The notes beneath the pieces were generated by a model, which was not told the origin of the DNA, ran no database searches, and saw nothing but the letters and a program-made list of their open reading frames with translations. Positions 28,280 to 37,271 of a stretch of 64,000 nt of DNA are shown one piece after another; within the stretch, counting starts at the first letter, position 1, and each line of letters starts with the position of its first letter. A program made the translations under genes and the position numbers. The stretch is from Pedosphaera sp. (GTDB lineage Bacteria; Verrucomicrobiota; Verrucomicrobiia; Limisphaerales; AAA164-E04): NCBI GenBank assembly GCA_002690655.1, contig NZFL01000034.1, forward strand, positions 38,708 through 102,707, in the 5' to 3' direction.

Positions 28280-30520
28280 ATGGATGATAAAATTTTAAAA
28301 TTGTTAGGACGTCGTGACTATGTCCCGGCCAACATTCCCGAGCTTTTACGCGGGCTTCGCCTGAGCGCCAATCAACAGCAAAAATTGCAGAAGGACCTGC
28401 GCATTCTGGAACGTTCTGGGCAGGTTGCGAGAATCAAGGGGAATCGCTACATCTTACCTGCGGAAGCTGATTTGATCTCCGGGCGCATTCAGATTACACG
28501 TCAAGGCAGAGGTTTCCTCACGCCGGATGACCCCAGTATAAGTGAGATTTCCATCCCTGCCAACAGCACCTCCACCGCCATGCATGAAGATCTTGTACTG
28601 GTGCGGCGCGATATTCGAGTCAAGCACGGCAGCATTTCCCGCGAAGCTCCCTGCACTGGGACTGTGGTGCGTGTTTTGGAACGACGGCGCAAGAATATTG
28701 TTGGTACCCTGAAACGCGGCAAGCAGTTCCTTTATGTCATTCCTGACGATACTCGGATGCCTCAGGACATCTATGTGCCGCCTCCCAAAGATGTGGGACG
28801 TTCGGCCAGGGAAGGGGACAAGGTCGTGGTTGAATTGTTACACTGGGAATCCCGGCATACCAATCCTGAAGGTCAAATCACAGAAGTGCTCGGGCCACCT
28901 ACAGCCGAAGGTGTGGATATGCTGGGTGTGCTGCGACAATATGAACTCCCATTAAAATTTCCCCGCAAGGTCCTTCAGGAAGTGCGGCATTTCGGTAATG
29001 AAGTCGCTCCTTCAGAGTTTGCGGATCGTGTGGATTGCAGGAAACATCAGGTCATCACGATAGATCCTCATGATGCCCGTGATTTCGATGATGCTTTCTT
29101 TCTTAAAAAAATAGAAACCGGCTGGAAACTTTGGGTCCACATCGCTGATGTATCGCATTATGTGAAACCTGGCTCTGCCTTGGATGTTGAAGCTCGAAAG
29201 CGTGGGAATTCAACGTATCTGGTTGATCGCGTGATTCCCATGCTTCCAGAGGCTCTGAGCAATGAACTCTGCTCACTCAAACCTGAGGTTGATCGTTTAA
29301 CGAAATGTGTAGAGTTTCAGCTCAATCAGCAAGGTCACGTCAAGCGCTTCAAGTGTTATGCTGCCATCATTCATTCCAAAAGACGATACGCCTATGAGCA
29401 AGCACTGTCTATCATTCGGGCCAAGCCAAAGGATTCCATTGAACGAATGCTGCATGACGCACACAAGCTGGCCCAAAAAGTGCGGCAGCTGCGCTTCAAA
29501 GCTGGTGCCTTGGAGTTGGATTTCCCAGAGACAAAGATCCGACTGAATGACAAGGGATTTGTCCAGGATATTGAACTCAGCAGGAGTGATGAGTCACATC
29601 AATTGATTGAGGAATTCATGCTTCTGGCGAACGAGGCTGTTGCGTTGCGATCCAGTAAACTAAGACGGACAACCATTCATCGTGTTCATGAAAAGCCGGA
29701 CCCAATTCGTCTGCAGGAATATCGTGAGAATGTGCTGGCACATGACGTTCCTTGCGGCAATCTGACGAAACCGGTAGAGGTTCAGAAACTCCTGAAACGG
29801 CTGGGTAAATTGAGCATTGGTCCAGCCTTGAAGATCGGATTCCTGAAATCATTGATGCGGGCCTGTTACTCCGTGGAGTCTTTGGGGCATTACGGACTGG
29901 CCAAATCCAACTACACTCATTTCACCTCTCCAATTCGGCGCTATGCGGATCTGGTGGTGCACCGGACTTTATTCGACTATTCCAAGACTCCTCTCACAGC
30001 TCTGAAGCAAACTGCTGAGCACCTTTCGGTCACAGAGCGCAATTCTTCGGATGCTGAGCGCGACAGTAAAAGTGTGAAACTTTTCGCTTACCTGACTTCC
30101 CAGCTCGCGTCGGGTAAACCGGTGCATTATGATGCGATGGTTACCGAGATTCGTAATTTCGGGTTTTTTGTGGAGGTTCCAAATCTTGGGATGTCAGGTC
30201 TTGTCCCGCTCTCGATCCTTGATGATGATTTTTATGAAATAGATCAGCGAGGGACCCAGATTACCGGGCGCCGTAACCGAAGGACCATAAGGCTTGGGCA
30301 GGATATCAAGGTCGTGATTGCCAAAGTTGATCCATTCAAAAAACAGGTGGATTTCCGACTGCTTCAGTCCGGCAAAAAGAGTTCAGGAAAAAGGAGATTG
30401 TCTGGCAATCAGCCCAAAAAGGTGAAAAAGAAATCCAGCTCTCAAAATCGTAGGCGAACCGGTCCTGATAAAAAAACTCTGACAAAGAGGAAAAGTAAAA
30501 GTCGTAAGTCATCATCCTAG
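28280..30520 (+). CDS. rnr: Ribonuclease R
   Basis: 746 aa. RNB domain (ITIDPHDARDFDDAF, NSTYLVDRVIPMLPE, HYGLAKSNYTHFTSPIRRYADLVVHR), S1 domain (GFFVEVPNLGMSGLV), Lys-rich tail. Confidence 0.95.
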   Translation: MDDKILKLLGRRDYVPANIPELLRGLRLSANQQQKLQKDLRILERSGQVARIKGNRYILPAEADLISGRIQITRQGRGFLTPDDPSISEISIPANSTSTAMHEDLVLVRRDIRVKHGSISREAPCTGTVVRVLERRRKNIVGTLKRGKQFLYVIPDDTRMPQDIYVPPPKDVGRSAREGDKVVVELLHWESRHTNPEGQITEVLGPPTAEGVDMLGVLRQYELPLKFPRKVLQEVRHFGNEVAPSEFADRVDCRKHQVITIDPHDARDFDDAFFLKKIETGWKLWVHIADVSHYVKPGSALDVEARKRGNSTYLVDRVIPMLPEALSNELCSLKPEVDRLTKCVEFQLNQQGHVKRFKCYAAIIHSKRRYAYEQALSIIRAKPKDSIERMLHDAHKLAQKVRQLRFKAGALELDFPETKIRLNDKGFVQDIELSRSDESHQLIEEFMLLANEAVALRSSKLRRTTIHRVHEKPDPIRLQEYRENVLAHDVPCGNLTKPVEVQKLLKRLGKLSIGPALKIGFLKSLMRACYSVESLGHYGLAKSNYTHFTSPIRRYADLVVHRTLFDYSKTPLTALKQTAEHLSVTERNSSDAERDSKSVKLFAYLTSQLASGKPVHYDAMVTEIRNFGFFVEVPNLGMSGLVPLSILDDDFYEIDQRGTQITGRRNRRTIRLGQDIKVVIAKVDPFKKQVDFRLLQSGKKSSGKRRLSGNQPKKVKKKSSSQNRRRTGPDKKTLTKRKSKSRKSSS

Positions 30521-30627
30521 CGTGGCAAGGGGAGTAAATGCATTTCTTTTGAATGAGTGTAATTTTGTGATTTCAACAATGGTTGGATTAGGTAGATTAA
30601 CACCATATTTACCCAAGAAATCGTATC

Positions 30628-32022
30628 ATGAAATCCTTTGAAGCCTCAATAAATTCGGTTGCTAACTCATGGCCTGCTCGGTCGGCCTTACGTTACTTAT
30701 TAGTCATTCTCCTTTATTCGATCTGCCATGTGGATACACTTTATGCCCAGCAGGTCCCCAGCCAATCCAAACTGGACGCTCAGGTTATCTTGGGTGTTGA
30801 GGATCCCATCACTCTATCATTGGGCAACTTACCACCATTCCTAGAAGCGGACAGTGCTTTAGGTATGCTGCGGCACTCTTCTGTTCAAGGACAAGTCCTG
30901 CATGTCGCTCCCTCGGATGTCAGGGGGCTATTCGAAACGCGAGCTGTGAGGACTCCCAAAGGGGATTTAATGGCGATGTTTCCGGTGGGCAATCACTACG
31001 CAGCTGGTGCAGGGAAAGTCAATAGCATGATCATGTATCGCTCTCAAGATGATGGTAAATCATGGGAAGGGCCAGCTGTTGCTTTTGATATTGAATACAG
31101 TCAACATGGATTCATTCCTCTCATTCCTAAAGGGAGCAAACGCATATACGCATTCGGGACACAACCTATCCCGAGTCAATACAGCCGAGAAAAAGGAAAG
31201 TTTGAAAATGCACCGATTGGTTTTCGGTGGTCTGATGATGATGGTTATACGTGGAGTCGGGCTTCACTCATTCAACCTGTGAATGATCCGGGTTTTCTCG
31301 GGATGTCTGTGACCCGCATGTGTGAAACTGCCAGCGGCGCTTGGTTGTTAGGATCCCATGCTGCTGACTGGTCGAAAAAACCATTGGAGACGCAACAATA
31401 TATCCTGCGGAGTGAGGATCAGGGCGAAACCTGGCATCTCCTGCCAGGGGCTCGCAAAGTTGGGTGGTCTGTACCGGAGTATAACCGCATGGATGAAGGG
31501 CGCCCCATCTGGCTGCAGGGCAGTGAAGTGTTTTTCATGGCTCGCACGCCCGCTGGGCAGATCTGGACGTCGCGAAGTCATGATGATGGGCGATCATGGT
31601 CTGATCCGAAACCTTCCTCACTAGTCCATCCCGATGCACCTCCCATGGTATTTCATTCAAGTGATCGGAAAACGCTCATCAACTTTTTTCACAATCGCCA
31701 CACTGGAACCCAGTACACGGGTTTGTCAGGAACGATGGACGGGATGAAAGACCGATCTGAGATTTGGGTGACCCTTTCAAGCGATGGTGGTCGAAATTGG
31801 TCAGAGCCACGTTTTCTCTTCGCTAATGCTACTCAGATGAACCCTGAAAAAAATGGATGGTTCAATCATCAAGTGTCTTACCTCGACGCAGTCATAGACA
31901 AGGGAACGATTCATATTTTCTGTCCGCATCTTTGGAACCGAGCAGTCTACCTGACCCTGCAGGAGTCTGATCTTCAAAAATTACCAACCAAAGAGATGCT
32001 GCAAAATACTTTGCCACGGTGA
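30628..32022 (+). CDS. BNR/Asp-box repeat glycosidase (sialidase-like), secreted
   Basis: Signal peptide plus five Asp-boxes: SQDDGKSW, SDDDGYTW, SEDQGETW, SHDDGRSW, SSDGGRNW. Confidence 0.7.
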   Translation: MKSFEASINSVANSWPARSALRYLLVILLYSICHVDTLYAQQVPSQSKLDAQVILGVEDPITLSLGNLPPFLEADSALGMLRHSSVQGQVLHVAPSDVRGLFETRAVRTPKGDLMAMFPVGNHYAAGAGKVNSMIMYRSQDDGKSWEGPAVAFDIEYSQHGFIPLIPKGSKRIYAFGTQPIPSQYSREKGKFENAPIGFRWSDDDGYTWSRASLIQPVNDPGFLGMSVTRMCETASGAWLLGSHAADWSKKPLETQQYILRSEDQGETWHLLPGARKVGWSVPEYNRMDEGRPIWLQGSEVFFMARTPAGQIWTSRSHDDGRSWSDPKPSSLVHPDAPPMVFHSSDRKTLINFFHNRHTGTQYTGLSGTMDGMKDRSEIWVTLSSDGGRNWSEPRFLFANATQMNPEKNGWFNHQVSYLDAVIDKGTIHIFCPHLWNRAVYLTLQESDLQKLPTKEMLQNTLPR

Positions 32023-32138
32023 AATGCTTTGGGTATTGATAAGCCGCAATCAGATGGGACAGCCGACGGGGTTTGAGGTTTGTAAAAATGGCTTCATTCA
32101 GGCTTGATCGACACTCAATATATTTGCAATATTGTCCC

Positions 32139-34340
32139 ATGCATCCAGACTCCGCTCAGAAACAAATTGGCCTGCTCATTCGGGCCTTTCATTACTTCTG
32201 CTGGGTTAATGTTTTTGTTTCTTTTGCATGTTTTGGAGAATCGAAGGAATGGCCTTTTTATCCGCCTCAAGTTGTTGAGCCGCCTCAGGTTCAATCCAGT
32301 GATCGAGTTCAAAATGGCATTGATGCATTTCTTCTCGCCAAACTCGAAGATCAGGAACTGAGTTACTCGCCCAAAGCACCCAGAGAGACACTGATTCGCA
32401 GACTCTATTTTGATTTGATAGGATTACCCCCTTCGCCAGATAAAATAGAATCTTTTGTAAATAATGGCGATCCCGATGCCTACAAGGCCCTGGTTGATTC
32501 GCTTCTTGATGACCCTCGTCATGGTGAGCGCTGGGCCAAGTTCTGGCTTGATCTAGCTCGTTACGCCGATACTGCAGGCTACGAGGGAGATCCTGATTTG
32601 CCTCATGCCTGGCGATACCGTGACTATGTGATTGACTCTATCAACCGCGACAAACCCTACGATCAATTCATCAAAGAGCAAATCGCAGGCGATGAGTTCA
32701 ATGCTGTCATGGGGGCAGGTGAGCTTCCTCAACCCAAGCCCGAACATATGGTTGCCATGACTTTTTTGCGGCTTGCTCCTTTTACCGAACCTCGTGGAGA
32801 TGAGACCCGCCACGAAATGCTCAGCGAGATGACTTCCACTGTGGGATCCGTTTTTCTGGGGCTGACTGTGGGGTGTGCGAAATGTCACGATCATAAATAC
32901 GACAGAATTCCTACCAGAGACTTCTATCGAATGAAGGCTTTTTTCAATACGGTTCAGTTGATGCCTCCCGAGCGCGGAGATGCCTTTCAGATCGGTGGAT
33001 CACTTCCAGCAGCCTTCTATCGTAAAGGTGAGTCCGAATGGGCAGAGGCCAAGCGTAAAGAGATTCGATCCGACACGGAGAGATTTGAAGCTCTCAAAAC
33101 GCGCCTTGAACTGCGTGCTTCAGCTCAAAGCGATCAAGATGAGAATGTATCAGAGGCTTCCGACGATGAGTTTGATTTTGAATCCTGGATCCTTTCTTCG
33201 ACCAATAGGTCCATTACCCCAGAAGAGCGCCTTCAATATGTCAGGCTGAAGCACAAAAAAGATTTTGCCGGTCAACAACTCAAGCGCCTGAATCCACAGG
33301 CCATGTCCCTGCGTCATTCCTTTGGCCCTCCTTACGAACCCGGGGTGCCTGTTTCTCGAGTGATGATACGCGGTGAACATGATAGCCCAGGCGAAGTCGT
33401 TCTGGCAGGGTTTCCTTCTTGTATCACCGGACATCAAAAGCCTGCTGAGATTCGTTTGGACCCCTTTAAACGCTGGCCAACTCGAAGTCGAAGGATGACT
33501 CTGGCTAACTGGATTGCCTCTGACAAAAACCCCATGACTGCGCGCGTTATCGTGAATCGTCTGTGGATGCATCATTTTGGAAGGGGGTTGGTCGAAACAC
33601 CCAGTGATTTCGGTGCTCTGAGTGGTGGGGTTTCACACCAGAGATTACTGGACTGGCTTGCCCTTAAATTGGTGAAGGAGAATTGGAGCTTGAAAGCGAT
33701 TCACCGTCTCATTGTCCACTCATCCGCCTATCAACAAAGCTCAACACAATTTACCTCACGCTGTCTGGAACTGGATCCGGATAACCGTCTTCTGGGGCGA
33801 TTTTCGCGTCGTCGATTGGAAGCCGAAGCCATTCGGGATTCTATTCTTCACGTGAGTGGAAGACTCAACCCTGAAATGTATGGGCTGCCCATATTTCCTG
33901 CCTTGCCTGATGGGATAGAGGACAGTGTCAAGTATTCCAGGAGTAAATGGGCAACGACCTACGGGGCTGAAAGTCGCAAGCGAAGTATTTACATTTATCA
34001 GCAACGCACCCTTACCATGCCATTCATGCAGAATTTTGACAGCTTGGTGTGTGAAGACACGGTGCCCAAACGGCAACTGTCTGTTACTCCATTGCAGGCA
34101 CTGGCAATGTATAACGGAATCCTGGTCAACGAGGAGTCAGAACATTTTGCCAGAAGGATTGCAAAGGAGGCCAAAACTGATCCAGAGGCTCGTGTTGTCA
34201 TGGCTTATCAGCTGGCGCTCGGTCGTTTACCTGATGATCAGGAACTTGGCTCGCTCAGCGGATTCGCCAATTCGATAGAGGGACTCACCCGCATGACCCG
34301 CATTTTATTCAACACAAGCGAATTTATTTATGTCGACTAA
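32139..34340 (+). CDS. DUF1549 (PSCyt2) / DUF1553 (PSD1) domain protein
   Basis: NGIDAFLLAKLEDQELSYSPKAPRETLIRRLYFDLIGLPPSP, HGERWAKFWLDLARYADT, VGCAKCHDHKYDRIP, VIVNRLWMHHFGRGLV, C-terminus NTSEFIYVD. The ORF is open from 32073; the ATG at 32139 is preferred. Confidence 0.9.
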   Translation: MHPDSAQKQIGLLIRAFHYFCWVNVFVSFACFGESKEWPFYPPQVVEPPQVQSSDRVQNGIDAFLLAKLEDQELSYSPKAPRETLIRRLYFDLIGLPPSPDKIESFVNNGDPDAYKALVDSLLDDPRHGERWAKFWLDLARYADTAGYEGDPDLPHAWRYRDYVIDSINRDKPYDQFIKEQIAGDEFNAVMGAGELPQPKPEHMVAMTFLRLAPFTEPRGDETRHEMLSEMTSTVGSVFLGLTVGCAKCHDHKYDRIPTRDFYRMKAFFNTVQLMPPERGDAFQIGGSLPAAFYRKGESEWAEAKRKEIRSDTERFEALKTRLELRASAQSDQDENVSEASDDEFDFESWILSSTNRSITPEERLQYVRLKHKKDFAGQQLKRLNPQAMSLRHSFGPPYEPGVPVSRVMIRGEHDSPGEVVLAGFPSCITGHQKPAEIRLDPFKRWPTRSRRMTLANWIASDKNPMTARVIVNRLWMHHFGRGLVETPSDFGALSGGVSHQRLLDWLALKLVKENWSLKAIHRLIVHSSAYQQSSTQFTSRCLELDPDNRLLGRFSRRRLEAEAIRDSILHVSGRLNPEMYGLPIFPALPDGIEDSVKYSRSKWATTYGAESRKRSIYIYQQRTLTMPFMQNFDSLVCEDTVPKRQLSVTPLQALAMYNGILVNEESEHFARRIAKEAKTDPEARVVMAYQLALGRLPDDQELGSLSGFANSIEGLTRMTRILFNTSEFIYVD

Positions 34341-35793
34341 CGTCCATCCCGGTTCTCTCATTCCAAGGAGGCAATTTTTAACAAACGCCTGGAATGGCAT
34401 AGGAGCATTCGGTTTGGCAGGTTTGCTGGGCGAAGATCTTCTGGCAGGCCCGGTGACGCCCGCCAACGGTCCGCTCACGCCCCAAAAACCACATTTTCCT
34501 CGCAAAGCAAAGCATTGTATCTTTTTGTTTATGCAGGGGGGCGTTTCCCAAATGGATGCTTTTGAAAACAAGCCCTTGTTGCGAGAGTTGCATGGAAAAC
34601 CTATTTCAGGAAATACTTCAGTCAAAGGCGAATTACAGGGGCGACTTTCATTTCCGCACGTGTGTGTAGGCAGTCCATTTGATTTCAAGCAATACGGGGA
34701 TTCTGCTAGATGGATGTCCGAACTCTTCCCGAATATGGCGCGTCGTGTGGATGACATGGCTTTCGTTCATGGTATCAAGACAGATAACCAGAATCACGGT
34801 CCTTCGACCTATCACGTGAACACCGGAAGCCAATTTCCCGGTAGTCCCTCAGTTGGATCCTGGATTCAATATGGACTCGGAACGCTCAACCAGAACATGC
34901 CAGGGTATATCGTCATTCAAGATCCCCGAGGTGCTCCCTGCAATGGTGCTGCGGTCTGGGCCAATGGCTACTTGCCAGCGGTGCATCAGGGAACTTTGTT
35001 GCGCGATCATGGAAACCCAATCCTTAACCTTCATTCGCCTGCAAACTTAAGCACTTCCCAACAGCGAGTAGAGTTTGATCTTATCCGGGAACTCAACGAA
35101 GGCCACCTGACTCATCGCCCATGGGACTCGGAGCTTGAGTCTCGTATTGCCGCTTATGAGTTGGCGTTCCGCATGCAAACGGCTGCTCCTGAGGCCGTTG
35201 ATTTATCGGGTGAACCGGAATCGATTCGCAAACTTTACGGCCTTGATAAAGAGCATACCCGGGGATTCGGTAGGCAATGTCTGCTGGCAAGACGCATGGT
35301 GGAGCGTGGGGTACGCTATTCGCTATTGATCCACGGTGTTCAGATTGGTTCTCACAGCTGGGATGATCATGGCAATGTGGAAGGCGGGATGAGGAAACAC
35401 AGCAGAGAGGTTGATCAGCCGGTCGCGGCTTTGCTCGAAGATCTGGACAACCGAGGCTTGCTGGAGGAGACGCTGGTCGTCTGGGCATCAGAGATGGGAA
35501 GAACGCCTTTTGTCAACAGTCTCGAAATGCCCAAGAATCCAGGACGGGAGCATAACTCCTATGGGCTTTGCATGTGGATGGCTGGAGGAGATGTCAAAAG
35601 AGGCTCCACTGTTGGGGAAACTGATGCATTCAGTTTGCGCTCTGTTGGAAAGCCCATCCACATCCGTGACGTGCACGCGACCATTTTAGATTTAATGGGC
35701 TTGCATGACGAGGACCTTACCTTTCGTCATGCCGGTAGAATCCGTAAGCTCACCGATATTGGTGGCCATGTGCTGCATGATGTGATTGGTTGA
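34330..35793 (+). CDS. DUF1501 (sulfatase-fold) protein with Tat-type leader
   Basis: RRQFLTNAW..., CIFLFMQGGVSQMDAFE, WDDHGN, VWASEMGRTP, GREHN. It overlaps the upstream DUF1553 gene by 11 nt. Confidence 0.9.
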   Translation: MSTNVHPGSLIPRRQFLTNAWNGIGAFGLAGLLGEDLLAGPVTPANGPLTPQKPHFPRKAKHCIFLFMQGGVSQMDAFENKPLLRELHGKPISGNTSVKGELQGRLSFPHVCVGSPFDFKQYGDSARWMSELFPNMARRVDDMAFVHGIKTDNQNHGPSTYHVNTGSQFPGSPSVGSWIQYGLGTLNQNMPGYIVIQDPRGAPCNGAAVWANGYLPAVHQGTLLRDHGNPILNLHSPANLSTSQQRVEFDLIRELNEGHLTHRPWDSELESRIAAYELAFRMQTAAPEAVDLSGEPESIRKLYGLDKEHTRGFGRQCLLARRMVERGVRYSLLIHGVQIGSHSWDDHGNVEGGMRKHSREVDQPVAALLEDLDNRGLLEETLVVWASEMGRTPFVNSLEMPKNPGREHNSYGLCMWMAGGDVKRGSTVGETDAFSLRSVGKPIHIRDVHATILDLMGLHDEDLTFRHAGRIRKLTDIGGHVLHDVIG

Positions 35794-35828
35794 GCATCAT
35801 CCGAACTCATGTGCTCCTTTCAGAAGCC

Positions 35829-37271
35829 TCATGCCAGTATTTTGTGAGCCACGTAGCCTGACACATCTGTGAGGCGAAACTCTCTGCCCAGATGCTTGTA
35901 AGTAAGTCGTTCGTGATCCAGTCCCATAAGATGAAGCAAGGTTGCATGCAGGTCGTGGATGGTGCATCGGTCCTGCACCGCGTGATACCCGAAATCATCC
36001 GTTGCTCCATATCGCATGCCACCCTTGACTCCGCCCCCGGCCATCCACATGGAAAATCCGTCTGGATGATGATCACGGCCTACAGGCCCATCGCCCGCTT
36101 GGACCGATGGGGTTCGGCCAAACTCTCCCCCCCATAGCACAAGAGTATCATTCAGCATTCCACGTGATTTTAGATCCATGATTAAACCAGTGATAGGTTT
36201 GTCAATTTGTCTTACGTTGACGGAGTGCCCCTTCTCCAGATGTGAATGCTGATCCCACTGTTCGTTATTAAAGGGAAGACTATGTGCATGACTTACTTGA
36301 ATAAAGCGCACCCCTCGCTCAGCGAGACGCCGCGCAAGGAGGCATTGATGGCCGAAATTTTCCGTCTCCGGCTCATTCAACCCATAGAGCTTTCGAGTTG
36401 ATTGGGATTCGCCACTGATGTCCGTCGCCTCTTTTGCTTCGGTTTGCATGCGGAATGCCAGCTCGAAGGATTTGAGGCGTGTCTCAAGTTCTCTTTTTCC
36501 CTCCAATTGCATTGTCTTTTGCGTCTGAAGCTGATTCAACAATCTCAACTGCAGTTCTTGAACGGACCGATCTTTTGGGGAATTCGCCTCGACGTAATGA
36601 AAGCGGGCATTTTTGGCCAAAGTATTTGGATAACCTTGTGTCCCAAGAGCCACTCCTTGATGCTCTCCGGGAAGAAAGGCTGCTCCAAAATTATCCACCC
36701 CCCCATGCAGGGAGGTAGGGCAAATAGTCACAAAGGAGGGGAGATTTCGGTTTTCAGTGCCTAATCCATAACTCACCCAGGAACCCAGGCTGGGCCTCAA
36801 CAGGGATTCATTTCCCGTGTGCAATTTCATGCATGCGCCTCCGTGGGCGACATTAGTCTCACAAAGTGAGTTGAGCATGCAGATGTCATCAGCCACCTTG
36901 GGAAGGTGCTGCCAAAGCTCCGACATCCAATGGCCAGATTGCCCCACTTTCCGAAAGGACCAGGGCGATTGCATGAGATTGCCACGCTTTGCAAATTGCA
37001 CTTTGCGCTCGGGAAATGGCAGTGCTTGACCGTTATACTTCTCCAGATTTGGTTTGTAATCGAAAAGATCTACATGGGAAGGCCCCCCATGCATGAAAAG
37101 GAAAATGACTCTTTTGGCCCGCGGAGGGAAATGCCAGGGAGCGGTGCCAGCCTGTGCTTTTGATTCATGGAATAACATGGCATTGAGGGCCAGACCTCCA
37201 AAACCAACGCACAAGCGATCCAATGCTTCTCTGCGTGAGAGCGATGATAATTGAAACGGGCTATTGGACAT
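35829..37271 (-). CDS. DUF1501 protein with Tat-type leader
   Basis: SRREALDRL..., VIFLFMHGGPSHVDLFD, WDQHSH, LWGGEFGRTP, GRDHH. It overlaps the upstream (minus-strand) DUF1553 gene by 11 nt. Confidence 0.9.
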   Translation of the reverse strand: MSNSPFQLSSLSRREALDRLCVGFGGLALNAMLFHESKAQAGTAPWHFPPRAKRVIFLFMHGGPSHVDLFDYKPNLEKYNGQALPFPERKVQFAKRGNLMQSPWSFRKVGQSGHWMSELWQHLPKVADDICMLNSLCETNVAHGGACMKLHTGNESLLRPSLGSWVSYGLGTENRNLPSFVTICPTSLHGGVDNFGAAFLPGEHQGVALGTQGYPNTLAKNARFHYVEANSPKDRSVQELQLRLLNQLQTQKTMQLEGKRELETRLKSFELAFRMQTEAKEATDISGESQSTRKLYGLNEPETENFGHQCLLARRLAERGVRFIQVSHAHSLPFNNEQWDQHSHLEKGHSVNVRQIDKPITGLIMDLKSRGMLNDTLVLWGGEFGRTPSVQAGDGPVGRDHHPDGFSMWMAGGGVKGGMRYGATDDFGYHAVQDRCTIHDLHATLLHLMGLDHERLTYKHLGREFRLTDVSGYVAHKILA